From Patescibacteria group bacterium (GTDB taxonomy: Bacteria > Patescibacteriota > Patescibacteriia > Patescibacteriales > UBA12465), in assembly GCA_041651355.1 (NCBI GenBank), contig JBAZJK010000001.1, positions 229,883 through 293,882 of the forward strand: a stretch of DNA of 64,000 nucleotides, in the 5' to 3' direction. Below are positions 17,486 to 25,940 of the stretch, piece by piece. The notes beneath the pieces were generated by a model that ran no database searches, was not told the DNA's origin, and worked only from the letters and a program-made list of their open reading frames with translations. Numbering within the stretch: the stretch's first letter is position 1; every line of letters begins with the position of its first letter. The position numbers were made by a program, and so were the translations under genes.

Positions 17486-17512
17486 TATTATAGCTCGAGC
17501 CCCTTAAAATCA
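17486..17512 (-). promoter_or_regulatory. Putative promoter of tRNA-like RNA 1
   Basis: Minus sense has a perfect TATAAT (17491-17486) 8 nt upstream of G1, and TTGATT (17512-17507) at 15-nt spacing. Confidence 0.4.
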
Positions 17513-17548
17513 ATCTAAAAGATTAATAAACTAATAAGCATTAAACAT

Positions 17549-17983
17549 ATGGCGTTAAATTATACTAAAAAGACCATCGATCATTTCCGGCATCCCAAGA
17601 ATATCGGTTCTATCAAGAATCCTGACGGCCAGGGGGAAGTGGGGAATATGGTCTGTGGCGACCAGCTGTCCTTTTTCTTGAAAGTGGAAAAAGGCAAGAT
17701 AAAAGACGTGAAGTTCCTGTCTTTCGGTTGCGCTTCCAATATCGCGACCGCTTCGATCATGACGGAACGGGTCAAGGGCCTGACCGTCGAAGAGGCGAAG
17801 AAATTCAAATGGGCAGAGATCGTGGATGATCTTGGCGGCTTGCCGCAGCAAAAGATCCATTGCTCAGTGATGGCGGTCGAGGGCTTGAAAAAGGCGATCG
17901 CGGATTATGAGGCTCGCCAAGCGGCCGCTCCGAAAGCAGCTGTTAAGAAAAAGAGTCCGGCTAAAGCTAAAAAGAAAAAATAA
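17549..17983 (+). CDS. nifU: NifU/IscU-type Fe-S scaffold with lysine/alanine-rich C-terminal tail
   Basis: 144 aa with the three scaffold cysteines (VCGD, GCASN, HCS). The tail is AAAPKAAVKKKSPAKAKKKK. Confidence 0.9.
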   Translation: MALNYTKKTIDHFRHPKNIGSIKNPDGQGEVGNMVCGDQLSFFLKVEKGKIKDVKFLSFGCASNIATASIMTERVKGLTVEEAKKFKWAEIVDDLGGLPQQKIHCSVMAVEGLKKAIADYEARQAAAPKAAVKKKSPAKAKKKK

Positions 17984-17984
17984 C

Positions 17985-18014
17985 AAAAAGACCCGCGGTG
18001 AGCGGATCTTTTTT
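17985..18014. terminator. Bidirectional intrinsic terminator between nifU and the RRM gene
   Basis: GACCCGC-ggtga-GCGGATC stem flanked by an A-tract and a T-tract. Confidence 0.6.
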
Positions 18015-18038
18015 AGTAGACTATGTGAGATTGATTTA

Positions 18039-18296
18039 TTAGAATCTTTTTTCCATCGGTCTAGCTTCATTGACGATGACTTTGCGACCAGCGATTTCCT
18101 GGTTGTTGAACATGTTAACCGCTTTAGCAGCTTCTTCGTCAGAGGACATTTCGACGAAGCCGAAACCCTTGGCACGGCCAGTCATTCTATCTTTAACGAT
18201 AAAGACAGATTCGACGACGCCGGCAGGAGCGAAAGCTTCCTTTAATTCATCCTCAGTGATTTGATAAGGCAGATTGCCTACAAATAATTTTTTCAT
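18039..18296 (-). CDS. RRM-type RNA-binding protein
   Basis: 85 aa with RNP-2 LFVGNL and RNP-1 KGFGFVEM. Confidence 0.9.
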   Translation of the reverse strand: MKKLFVGNLPYQITEDELKEAFAPAGVVESVFIVKDRMTGRAKGFGFVEMSSDEEAAKAVNMFNNQEIAGRKVIVNEARPMEKRF

Positions 18297-18473
18297 TTTT
18301 TCACACTGACTTATTTATTCTTTAAGCCTTTGGCCAGAGAATAAATAAACTTTTATTAAACGTAAGACGACCTTTGGACTTTTAATTTCTTAAAAGCAGC
18401 TGGCTAATACTTTCTCAGATTGGGAGCAAGTATTGGCCAGCCGCTTTTTTACTCATAAAATACTTACTTTCTG

Positions 18474-18502
18474 ACTATAGACTATTTTAAGTTAAATGTC
18501 AA
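18474..18502 (-). promoter_or_regulatory. Sigma70-type promoter of the RRM gene
   Basis: Minus sense has TTGACA (18502-18497), a 17-nt spacer, then TATAGT (18479-18474). This implies a 5' leader of about 170 nt. Confidence 0.6.
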
Positions 18503-18611
18503 GAGGCGAGCGTATATTATTAGATTTTGGTTTTTGGTGTGATATAATTATATTAATAAACTCATGTTCCCGTTTTTTCTAAAAATGTTTTAAAAAGTTA
18601 AGCTTAAGTCT

Positions 18612-19514
18612 ATGTTTTTAAGTTTTGAGAAACCTAAACCTTTGACTGACGATAAAAAAGAATCACACGAACAAGAAACTTCCATTCCGGACAAGGTTGT
18701 AAATCATGAAACCCCCAGGCATTTAAGGATGTATGGTGATAAAACGATCGATTTATTTTGTAGTCAGTTTTCCGTTACCGGCCTTGATGACTTTAAAAAA
18801 TTTAGAACCGAGCATCCAGATGAGAAATTTATCATCTCATCATCCCATTTGCATAATCTGGATGTTCCGGCCGCTTTAAGGACCCTGGGTCCAGAAGCCA
18901 ATATCCAAATTACTGGCGAATCTGTTTTGTTAGAAAAAATGAAGTATCTGGGGCATAAGTTGATGATTAATTTGGCGGGGCGTAGCAATTTTACCCCTTT
19001 AGATTATAAGGAAAATAAAGTCGGAAAGTCTGGTGTTTTTAATCCAGATAATTTTGATGAGTTAGAGGAAAAAATGGCTGAGGGCAAGACTCCTTGGATC
19101 GCTGCCCATCCCTTTGCTTTAGATGGTAAAATGAAGAGGGCAAGTATTGGCCCGGTTTATTTAGCGGCTAAGACTGGAGCCTCAGTCCTGCCTACGGCCT
19201 TAGAAGTTTCTGGCGGCTCGGTTAATTTAGAAGGAATAAAAGAAAGCGCTAAAAATCTAATCCATCGCTCGGAAGCGACTTATCACATCGGCCAGCCAAT
19301 CAAGTTTCCGCCCCTCGATGTTTCCATCATAGGGAAGGTATTAGCAGCTAGGGAAAAAGGTGATGAGGTGAGTCCTGAGGATCTAGCCGACTTTAAAGCT
19401 GTCCATCAAGAATTGAAGTCTAGGGCTGATATTCTAGCCCAAGCTATCAGTAATCTGTTGCCAGAAGAAAAAAGAGGTTATTATTCTCAACTAGAGCAAC
19501 CAGGCGAAGAGTAA
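18612..19514 (+). CDS. PlsC-like (lysophospholipid/glycerolipid) acyltransferase family protein
   Basis: 300 aa with an HX4D-type motif (SSHLHNLD) and a downstream acyltransferase-like block (IAAHPFALDGK...GPVYLAAKTGASVLP). Confidence 0.5.
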   Translation: MFLSFEKPKPLTDDKKESHEQETSIPDKVVNHETPRHLRMYGDKTIDLFCSQFSVTGLDDFKKFRTEHPDEKFIISSSHLHNLDVPAALRTLGPEANIQITGESVLLEKMKYLGHKLMINLAGRSNFTPLDYKENKVGKSGVFNPDNFDELEEKMAEGKTPWIAAHPFALDGKMKRASIGPVYLAAKTGASVLPTALEVSGGSVNLEGIKESAKNLIHRSEATYHIGQPIKFPPLDVSIIGKVLAAREKGDEVSPEDLADFKAVHQELKSRADILAQAISNLLPEEKRGYYSQLEQPGEE

Positions 19515-19542
19515 TTTTTGCTTTTGATAAAAAAGGGATGGT

Positions 19543-20142
19543 TTAAAACCATCCCTGCCAGAATTTTCTTTTTGGCTCTTTTTTTTGAGTCGCCTGATGT
19601 TTAGTCTCGACATATTTAAGAGCGTGTTGAAATTGTCGTTCCGAAAGATAACCGAGTCGGGCGGGTCCTTTGTAAGCTTCAGCAATTGCCGGTCCGAAAC
19701 CAAAAACAAAAAGACATAAATCAGTCGCCAGTTCGCTTTCTCTTAGTTCGTGTTTTAGGGAAAAAAGTAGCAGATGTGATAGTTCATGGACTGCGACGAC
19801 GATAAACTGGGGGTAGTTGCGTAGATACTCTTCCTTGATATCAATCACAAATATCACTTTTTTATATTCTGGACTAGCGATGAAAGGCAGATCTTTGGGA
19901 AAATTTATCCGGCCTGAATTTTTTCCGTGAGGCCAAAGTTTTTCCGGAAATACCCTTAATTTGATGTGTGCGTCTATATTCATTATCCTTTTTAATTCTT
20001 GGATACATTCAGCATAAAGCCGGTGTTGATGTTGGATCCTTAAAGCTTTATCAGGACGTCTCAATACAAGGCCGAAGGTAGAGATCAATTTATCTAGATA
20101 TTTTTCTAAATCACGATTAGAGAGGACTTCTGTTTGTTCCAT
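19543..20142 (-). CDS. Hypothetical protein with HExxH zinc-metallopeptidase motif
   Basis: 199 aa with VAVHELSHLL. A TTGACA-17-TATTAT promoter lies upstream (minus sense, about 20166-20216). Confidence 0.5.
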   Translation of the reverse strand: MEQTEVLSNRDLEKYLDKLISTFGLVLRRPDKALRIQHQHRLYAECIQELKRIMNIDAHIKLRVFPEKLWPHGKNSGRINFPKDLPFIASPEYKKVIFVIDIKEEYLRNYPQFIVVAVHELSHLLLFSLKHELRESELATDLCLFVFGFGPAIAEAYKGPARLGYLSERQFQHALKYVETKHQATQKKEPKRKFWQGWF

Positions 20143-20215
20143 TTTTTATCTTTTGTTTAAAGAACGATTTTAATTTTTATCCCTTATAATATTATTTAAA
20201 TTTATTTTTGTCAAT

Positions 20216-20244
20216 AAAAAACAGAGCCTTGCGGCTCTGCTTTT
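20216..20244 (-). terminator. Intrinsic terminator after rplA
   Basis: CAGAGCC-ttgc-GGCTCTG stem followed by TTTTTT in the minus sense. Confidence 0.75.
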
Positions 20245-20267
20245 ATTAGTATCGTAAAAATTATTGT

Positions 20268-20993
20268 TTAAGCGGCTACCACCTTAACAGCTGGGCTCAT
20301 AGAAGCACAGATAGCGACGTTCTTCAGATATGTTCCTTTAGCGCTGGCTGGCTTGGATTTCTTGATGGTTTCAATCAAGGATTGGTAATTCTCGGCTAGT
20401 TTATTAGTATCGAAGCTAACTTTGCCGATAACAGCGTGCAGGTTGCCGGTGTCATCATTCTTGAAGCTGATCTTACCCTTTTTTAACTCTTCGACCGCCT
20501 TAGCCGGATTAGTGGTGACGGTATCGTTCTTAGGTGATGGCATTAAGCCGCGGGTACCCAATATCTTAGCGATGACGGCTAGGTTTTTCATCATCGCTGG
20601 TTCAGCGACGGCTACCTGGAAGTCGGTTTTTTCGCTCTTTTTGATTTCAGCGATCAGTTCATCGCCGCCGACATAATCGGCGCCGGCAGCTTTAACTGCT
20701 TTTTCGTTTTCCGCTGAGACGAAAGCCGCTACCTTGACGCTTTTGCCAGTACCATGTGGCAGGCTCACGGCGCCACGGACTTGCTGGTCGCCTTTCTTGG
20801 GGTTGATGCCTAAGCGGACATGGACTTCTACTGAGGCGTCGAATTTGCTACGGCTGATCTTCTTGATGATTTCTAAGGCCTCGCTGATCGAGTAGCTATT
20901 GCGGCGGTCGTAGATGGCGCTGAAATCAGTCTTAGTCTTAACAGTTTTGACTTTTTTTAGCTCCTTAGTTTTTTTGCTTGTTTTCTTTTCCAT
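20268..20993 (-). CDS. rplA: 50S ribosomal protein L1 (with Lys-rich N-terminal extension)
   Basis: 241 aa with a conserved L1 core (…[20 protein letters not shown]…). It is preceded by about 20 extra residues, [19 protein letters not shown]. Confidence 0.95.
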   Translation of the reverse strand: MEKKTSKKTKELKKVKTVKTKTDFSAIYDRRNSYSISEALEIIKKISRSKFDASVEVHVRLGINPKKGDQQVRGAVSLPHGTGKSVKVAAFVSAENEKAVKAAGADYVGGDELIAEIKKSEKTDFQVAVAEPAMMKNLAVIAKILGTRGLMPSPKNDTVTTNPAKAVEELKKGKISFKNDDTGNLHAVIGKVSFDTNKLAENYQSLIETIKKSKPASAKGTYLKNVAICASMSPAVKVVAA

Positions 20994-21042
20994 ATGTTTG
21001 TTTAGTGGTCGAACGTCTTTTAGACTCCCACTTTAATTATAA

Positions 21043-21465
21043 TTATTTTATTTCTACCCCCATTTGGCGGGCGGTGCCGGCAATGATTTTCATAGCCGCT
21101 TCGATATCCCTGGCGTTTAGATCAGACATTTTGATCTGGGCGATCTCTTTGAGTTGGTCCTGGGTGATGGAACCGACCTTATCGGTCAGGGGTTTGCCCG
21201 AGCCCTTAGAGATCTTAGCCATTTTTTTGATTAGTTCAGAAGCCGGAGCAGTTTTAAGGATGAAGTCATAGCTGCGATCTTCGTAGACGGTGATTTCCAC
21301 CGGGACGACTTCGCCCATCTTGTCTTTGGTCCGATCATTGAACTGTTTGCAGAATTCGGCGATGTTTAAGCCATGTTGGCCTAAAGCCGGGCCGACTGGT
21401 GGCGCCGGGTTAGCCTGGCCACCGCTGATTTGTAGTTTTATTTTAGTTTTTATTTTTTTAGCCAT
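21043..21465 (-). CDS. rplK: 50S ribosomal protein L11
   Basis: 140 aa with [25 protein letters not shown]. Confidence 0.95.
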   Translation of the reverse strand: MAKKIKTKIKLQISGGQANPAPPVGPALGQHGLNIAEFCKQFNDRTKDKMGEVVPVEITVYEDRSYDFILKTAPASELIKKMAKISKGSGKPLTDKVGSITQDQLKEIAQIKMSDLNARDIEAAMKIIAGTARQMGVEIK

Positions 21466-21500
21466 ATAGTTTCCCGGACGAAGAAGCGTCGTCCATTTTT

Positions 21501-22046
21501 TTATATTTTCTTAATTTGCAAGAAATCTAATTCAACGGGCGTTTCCCGGCCGAACATGGAGACTGAAACTTTAACTTTACCCTTAGCTTCATCGATATTA
21601 GTGACCTTGCCTTCCATATTTTTGAAAGGCCCTTCGTTGATTCTGACCGGAGTGCCAACGCTAACGTCGATCTTGAATTTCGGGTCTTCGACACCCATCC
21701 GTTTCTGCAGGGCCTTAACCTCTTCTTCGCTGATCGGAGTCGGGATAGTTCCGGTACCGATAAAGCCGGTGACATTAGGGGTGTTTCTCACGATATACCA
21801 GGATTCATCAGTGACGATCATTTCTACCAGGATGTAGCCGGGGAAGATCTTCTCTTCGACGACTTTACGTTTACCGTTCTTGATCTTGATCTTTTTTTCC
21901 GTCGGAATCAGAATATTGAAGATCTTGTCTTCCATATCTAAGGATTCCACCCTCTGTTTCAGGTTCTGAGCGACATTTTCTTCGTAGCCGGAATAGGTAT
22001 GCAGGACATACCAGCGGCGGCCTAAGTTTAGTATTTGTTTAGCCAT
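21501..22046 (-). CDS. nusG: Transcription termination/antitermination factor NusG
   Basis: 181 aa with an NGN domain ([11 protein letters not shown]) and a KOW motif ([10 protein letters not shown]). Confidence 0.95.
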   Translation of the reverse strand: MAKQILNLGRRWYVLHTYSGYEENVAQNLKQRVESLDMEDKIFNILIPTEKKIKIKNGKRKVVEEKIFPGYILVEMIVTDESWYIVRNTPNVTGFIGTGTIPTPISEEEVKALQKRMGVEDPKFKIDVSVGTPVRINEGPFKNMEGKVTNIDEAKGKVKVSVSMFGRETPVELDFLQIKKI

Positions 22047-22108
22047 ATAAGACTAAGCGAGCTGATCTGTTCCTCCTTGCTTAAGTTAAGCAGGTCCAGA
22101 CAGCCTAA

Positions 22109-22294
22109 TTATTTAGTAATGATAAATTGTAATCCCCAACCGAAAATCAGGTCTAAAAGTCCTAAGAAAACTGCCACGCCCAAGCTTAGCCCGATGACTA
22201 AGAGAGTGTAGTTATAGGTTTCTTTTTTGGTCGGCCAAGAAACTTTTTTCATTTCAGCGACCGCGCTTTTTAGATATTGGCTTATTTTATTCAT
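22109..22294 (-). CDS. secE: Preprotein translocase subunit SecE
   Basis: 61 aa with a single TM helix and EMKKVSWPTKKE, upstream of nusG. Confidence 0.85.
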   Translation of the reverse strand: MNKISQYLKSAVAEMKKVSWPTKKETYNYTLLVIGLSLGVAVFLGLLDLIFGWGLQFIITK

Positions 22295-22460
22295 ATTAGT
22301 GTTTTAAAAAACAGCCCCCTGAGGCCACTTTTATCTATTAATAATATAGACAATTTAAGATTAGCTGTCAAGTAATTTCCGGCTTTTAGAGATTGGGGCT
22401 TTAGTTTGCCTTTTTTGGCCAAAAAAGATACAATAAAATAAAGCCAATATAATTAAAATT

Positions 22461-24158
22461 ATGGTGAGTCCCAATCTTATCAAGCGGCTGGAAGACGATG
22501 GCGGGGCAGAGGTCAATAGCGACGCCAAGAAGCTTTTCCAGGTCATTTTTAATGCCAAAAACAAGCAGACTGAGGAAGATGACGAGGCTCCGAAGATCCA
22601 CGTCTCCTCTTTGATTTCCCGCTTGTCTTTTTTCTATGAAAAAGTGCGCAACGCGGTTGATTATGACGAAGAGCATCTGCTTAGGAAGAACGCGATTAAA
22701 AGGATATTGAAGCGCCAGGTCGTTATCGAAGGCGTGCTTAAGGCTGCGAAGATAGAAGAGATTTCCTCGCACCTCTTAGTGGAATTGATCAGGGGTAGTT
22801 ATCTGCCTAATGATAAGGTGCCGGAAGCCAAGCTGGGCGAGGTGTCTGCGATCATCGGCAAATACATCGGCCTGAAGAACCAGTGCGTCTTAAAGATCAA
22901 TTCTGAGCTTAGCTTGAAAACCGATTGGAATAAGGCCCGCGGCCTATTCAGGGAGAAGAATAATCTGATCAAAAGACTCTTGGCTTTGGCGGCTTGCGAG
23001 ATCGAAGAGAATCTGGGTACGGACCGGGTCAAGCAAGTCATGGTTTCTAATATGTTTAATATTCTATCTAAGAATATTAAACTGCCACCAGATCAACCTT
23101 ATGAGAAAGATTTGGAAATCCAGATTTATTTGGCTATCAGCCGGACATTCTCCAAGTTCGATACGGACATGCTGAGCCTAGTGCTTTTTAAATATTATGT
23201 CGACAGCAAATTGCTGGAACCATCGAAATCGAAGAAGTTGGTGGATAATATCCAGTCCATTTTTGCTACTATCGATTACCAACTCAACCATCCTCTAGCT
23301 AGGCAGCTGGATAAGGTCGTGAAAGAATACGGCTTATATTTCAATGTCTTAGCGGAAACGGTCGAGCCGGATCCGGCTAAGATCTTCAGCGAAATCAAGA
23401 AGAATTCCAAGACTTTTATCAATCTGGTCAAAAAGACCTGTAATCAAAAGTATAAGAAAGCCAAGGGGCGCTTATGGCGGGCAGCGGTTCGCAGTATCAT
23501 CTATATTTTCCTCACTAAGTCCATTTTCGTGTTTTTGATCGAAATTCCGGCTATCCGCTGGTTCGGCGAGCAGATAAATTATAGCGCCCTCTTCATTAAT
23601 GTTAGTTTTCCGGCCATCTTGCTGTTTTTTATCGTTTTCCTAACCCAGACGCCGGGCGAGAAGAATACAGCCAAGATAGTCGAAGGGGTGAAAGAGATTT
23701 CTTTCGTGGGCGAAGAGCGTCGCCAACCCCTGGTCTTGCGCCGGCCGGGCCGACGGGGTTTCTTCATGAATGCTATCTTCAATATTATTTATACGGCCGC
23801 TTTCTTAGCCTCTCTGTTTTTCATTATCTGGGTCTTGACTAAGGTCGGTTTCAACTGGGTCAGCATCACCATCTTCCTCTTCTTCTTAGCTTTTGTCAGT
23901 TTCTTCAGCATCATTACCACTAAGGGCGTCAAAGATTTAATAATTATCGACCGCAAAGACAATCTGTTGAATTTCTTAGTCGATCTTTTCTATATGCCGA
24001 TCATTTCGGCCGGACGCTGGTTATCCGGAAACGTTTCTAAGATCAATATCTTCATTTTCATCTTTGATTTCATAATTGAGGCGCCTTTCAAGGTTTTAGT
24101 CGAAATCGCGGAAGACTGGACCCGCTATATCAAGGAAAGAAAAGAAAGGATGACTTAA
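22461..24158 (+). CDS. Large conserved hypothetical membrane protein
   Basis: 565 aa. The N-terminal roughly 330 aa are soluble and helical, followed by about 6 TM helices. It ends 1 nt before rsmI. Confidence 0.6.
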   Translation: MVSPNLIKRLEDDGGAEVNSDAKKLFQVIFNAKNKQTEEDDEAPKIHVSSLISRLSFFYEKVRNAVDYDEEHLLRKNAIKRILKRQVVIEGVLKAAKIEEISSHLLVELIRGSYLPNDKVPEAKLGEVSAIIGKYIGLKNQCVLKINSELSLKTDWNKARGLFREKNNLIKRLLALAACEIEENLGTDRVKQVMVSNMFNILSKNIKLPPDQPYEKDLEIQIYLAISRTFSKFDTDMLSLVLFKYYVDSKLLEPSKSKKLVDNIQSIFATIDYQLNHPLARQLDKVVKEYGLYFNVLAETVEPDPAKIFSEIKKNSKTFINLVKKTCNQKYKKAKGRLWRAAVRSIIYIFLTKSIFVFLIEIPAIRWFGEQINYSALFINVSFPAILLFFIVFLTQTPGEKNTAKIVEGVKEISFVGEERRQPLVLRRPGRRGFFMNAIFNIIYTAAFLASLFFIIWVLTKVGFNWVSITIFLFFLAFVSFFSIITTKGVKDLIIIDRKDNLLNFLVDLFYMPIISAGRWLSGNVSKINIFIFIFDFIIEAPFKVLVEIAEDWTRYIKERKERMT

Positions 24159-24159
24159 T

Positions 24160-24831
24160 ATGCCTACTCTTTATCTAGTCGCTACCCCGATTGGCAACCT
24201 GGAAGACCTGAGCTTCCGGGCTTTGCGTATTTTAAAAGAAGTTGATTATATCCTGAGCGAAGATACGCGGGTCAGCCAAAAGCTGTTATCGCATTATTCA
24301 GTTAAGACGCCCCTTATCTCCTATCATCATCATTCTGATCAAGCTAAGTTAGACAAGATTTTCAAGCTATTTACTACCGGCAAAGATTTAGCCTTAGTGA
24401 CCGATGCCGGCACCCCCGGTATCGCTGACCCGGGTGGGCAGCTGGTTAAGGCAGTGAGGGAGCAGTTTGGCGAAGAAATAAAGATTATCCCTATTCCTGG
24501 CGCTTCCGCTCTGACCGCTTTATTGTCAGTCGCTGGCATCGCCGCTGATAAATTTTGGTTCTTCGGTTTCCTGCCTCATAAGAAGGGGCGGCAGAGCGCC
24601 CTTAGAGCAATTGCCGCGAGCGAATATCCGGTCGTCATCTATGAATCCAAACATCGCATCCTGAAACTTTTAGCCGAGCTTGATCCTCAATCTAAGGTCG
24701 TTCTGGGTAGGGAACTGAGCAAATTGCATGAGTCTTTCTATTTTGGTTCGCCTTTAGAGATTAGCGAGCAGTTAGGTCGGCAGCCAGCGGCGCTTAAGGG
24801 CGAATTCGCTTTAGTAATTTATCGAGATTAA
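24160..24831 (+). CDS. rsmI: 16S rRNA (cytidine1402-2'-O)-methyltransferase
   Basis: 223 aa with LYLVATPIGNLEDLSFRAL...EDTR...DAGTPGIADPG. Confidence 0.9.
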   Translation: MPTLYLVATPIGNLEDLSFRALRILKEVDYILSEDTRVSQKLLSHYSVKTPLISYHHHSDQAKLDKIFKLFTTGKDLALVTDAGTPGIADPGGQLVKAVREQFGEEIKIIPIPGASALTALLSVAGIAADKFWFFGFLPHKKGRQSALRAIAASEYPVVIYESKHRILKLLAELDPQSKVVLGRELSKLHESFYFGSPLEISEQLGRQPAALKGEFALVIYRD

Positions 24832-24832
24832 T

Positions 24833-25348
24833 ATGTCTTGGTTTGATATCATCGTCATAGTCATTTGGGCCTCCTTCGTCTTTTTCGGTTTTTCTAAAGG
24901 CCTGATTAAGCTGTTTGGCCACATCGTAGCCTTGATTCTAGGGGCTTATGTGGCTAGCCATTTCTATCTGCAGTTTTTCACTTGGGGTCAGAGCCTATTT
25001 AGGGGCCATGATAATCTAGGTAAAGTAATCTGCTTCATTGTCCTCTTGGTTTTAGTTATTCGGCTGACCGACCTTTTGTTTACTATCATTGAAAAGATAT
25101 TCAAGCTGATTTCCATTATTCCTCTGACTCAGCTCATCAACCGTCTTCTAGGGGCAGCTCTTGGCTTCATCGAAGGCGGATTATTCTTAGGTTTAATCGT
25201 CTTCGTTGCTTCCCGCTATGCCATCATCGGTAGCTTATTTGGCGGCCAGCTAGCCGCGTCTAAGGTTGCGCCCTTGCTTTTGAAGATCGTGAAGATAATC
25301 ATGCCGGTTTTACCCCAGGCTCTTAAAGCCCTGAAATCCATTATCTAG
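24833..25348 (+). CDS. CvpA-family membrane protein
   Basis: 171 aa with 4 TM helices and a CvpA-like N-terminus (DIIVIVIWASFVFFGFSKGLIK). Confidence 0.7.
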   Translation: MSWFDIIVIVIWASFVFFGFSKGLIKLFGHIVALILGAYVASHFYLQFFTWGQSLFRGHDNLGKVICFIVLLVLVIRLTDLLFTIIEKIFKLISIIPLTQLINRLLGAALGFIEGGLFLGLIVFVASRYAIIGSLFGGQLAASKVAPLLLKIVKIIMPVLPQALKALKSII

Positions 25349-25354
25349 AATTGC

Positions 25355-25939
25355 ATGAGAAGCTTGAAGATAAGATTAAAGCAGTTAACACCTTCGCAAT
25401 CGACGCTCATCGTCGATTGTTTAAATCGTGGCCAAGTACTGGCTCTGCCCACCGACACCATCTACGGCTTATCCTGCCGGGCGGATGATGCCCGAGCGGT
25501 CAATCGGATCAAAGCCATGAAGGGTGGCGCTAAAGACAAACCCTTGTCGGTCCTGATGTTTAGTGAGGAACAGTTGAAAAAGTATTGCTATCTTAGCCAG
25601 AGACGCTTAGATTTTATTAGGACTGTCAGAGCTGGTCGCCGGCCGGTGACCTTCATCTTGCCCTATAGAGGCGGTTTATCGCGAGCAGTGGTTGGCAATA
25701 GCCGCGGCTTGGGAGTGCGTTTGCCTAAAAGCCGTTTTTTGCGTAAAATATTAAGAGCTTCAGCTGTGCCTCTTGTTTCAACTAGTTTGAATCAGAGCGG
25801 CCAGGCGAATTTTAGCGTACCTCGGCGCTTACCGCCGAATCTGCAACCCGACCTAGTAGTAGATGCCGGGGAGCAGATAAGACCGGCGTCTCTAATTTGG
25901 GATCTCCGGGGCCGAGAGTTTAGAATTTTAAGAAAATAA
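25355..25939 (+). CDS. tsaC: L-threonylcarbamoyladenylate synthase (YrdC/TsaC type)
   Basis: 194 aa with LPTDTIYGL and SLNQSG motifs. Confidence 0.8.
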   Translation: MRSLKIRLKQLTPSQSTLIVDCLNRGQVLALPTDTIYGLSCRADDARAVNRIKAMKGGAKDKPLSVLMFSEEQLKKYCYLSQRRLDFIRTVRAGRRPVTFILPYRGGLSRAVVGNSRGLGVRLPKSRFLRKILRASAVPLVSTSLNQSGQANFSVPRRLPPNLQPDLVVDAGEQIRPASLIWDLRGREFRILRK

Positions 25940-25940
25940 T

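Noticed and set aside
17864-18264. Several ORFs of 60-112 aa on both strands lie around the RRM gene and the nifU tail.
   Set aside because: They overlap the clearly recognisable RRM protein gene and the terminator region. Their composition is driven by the Lys-rich nifU tail.
20994-21042. I considered a possible L1-binding autoregulatory mRNA site (GGGAGTC...GAC) between rplK and rplA.
   Set aside because: It is too short and too weakly defined to support without a covariance-model search.
22361-22772. Two minus-strand ORFs (67 and 123 aa) overlap the start of the 565-aa gene.
   Set aside because: They are antisense to a long, well-supported ORF, and neither has promoter or RBS support.
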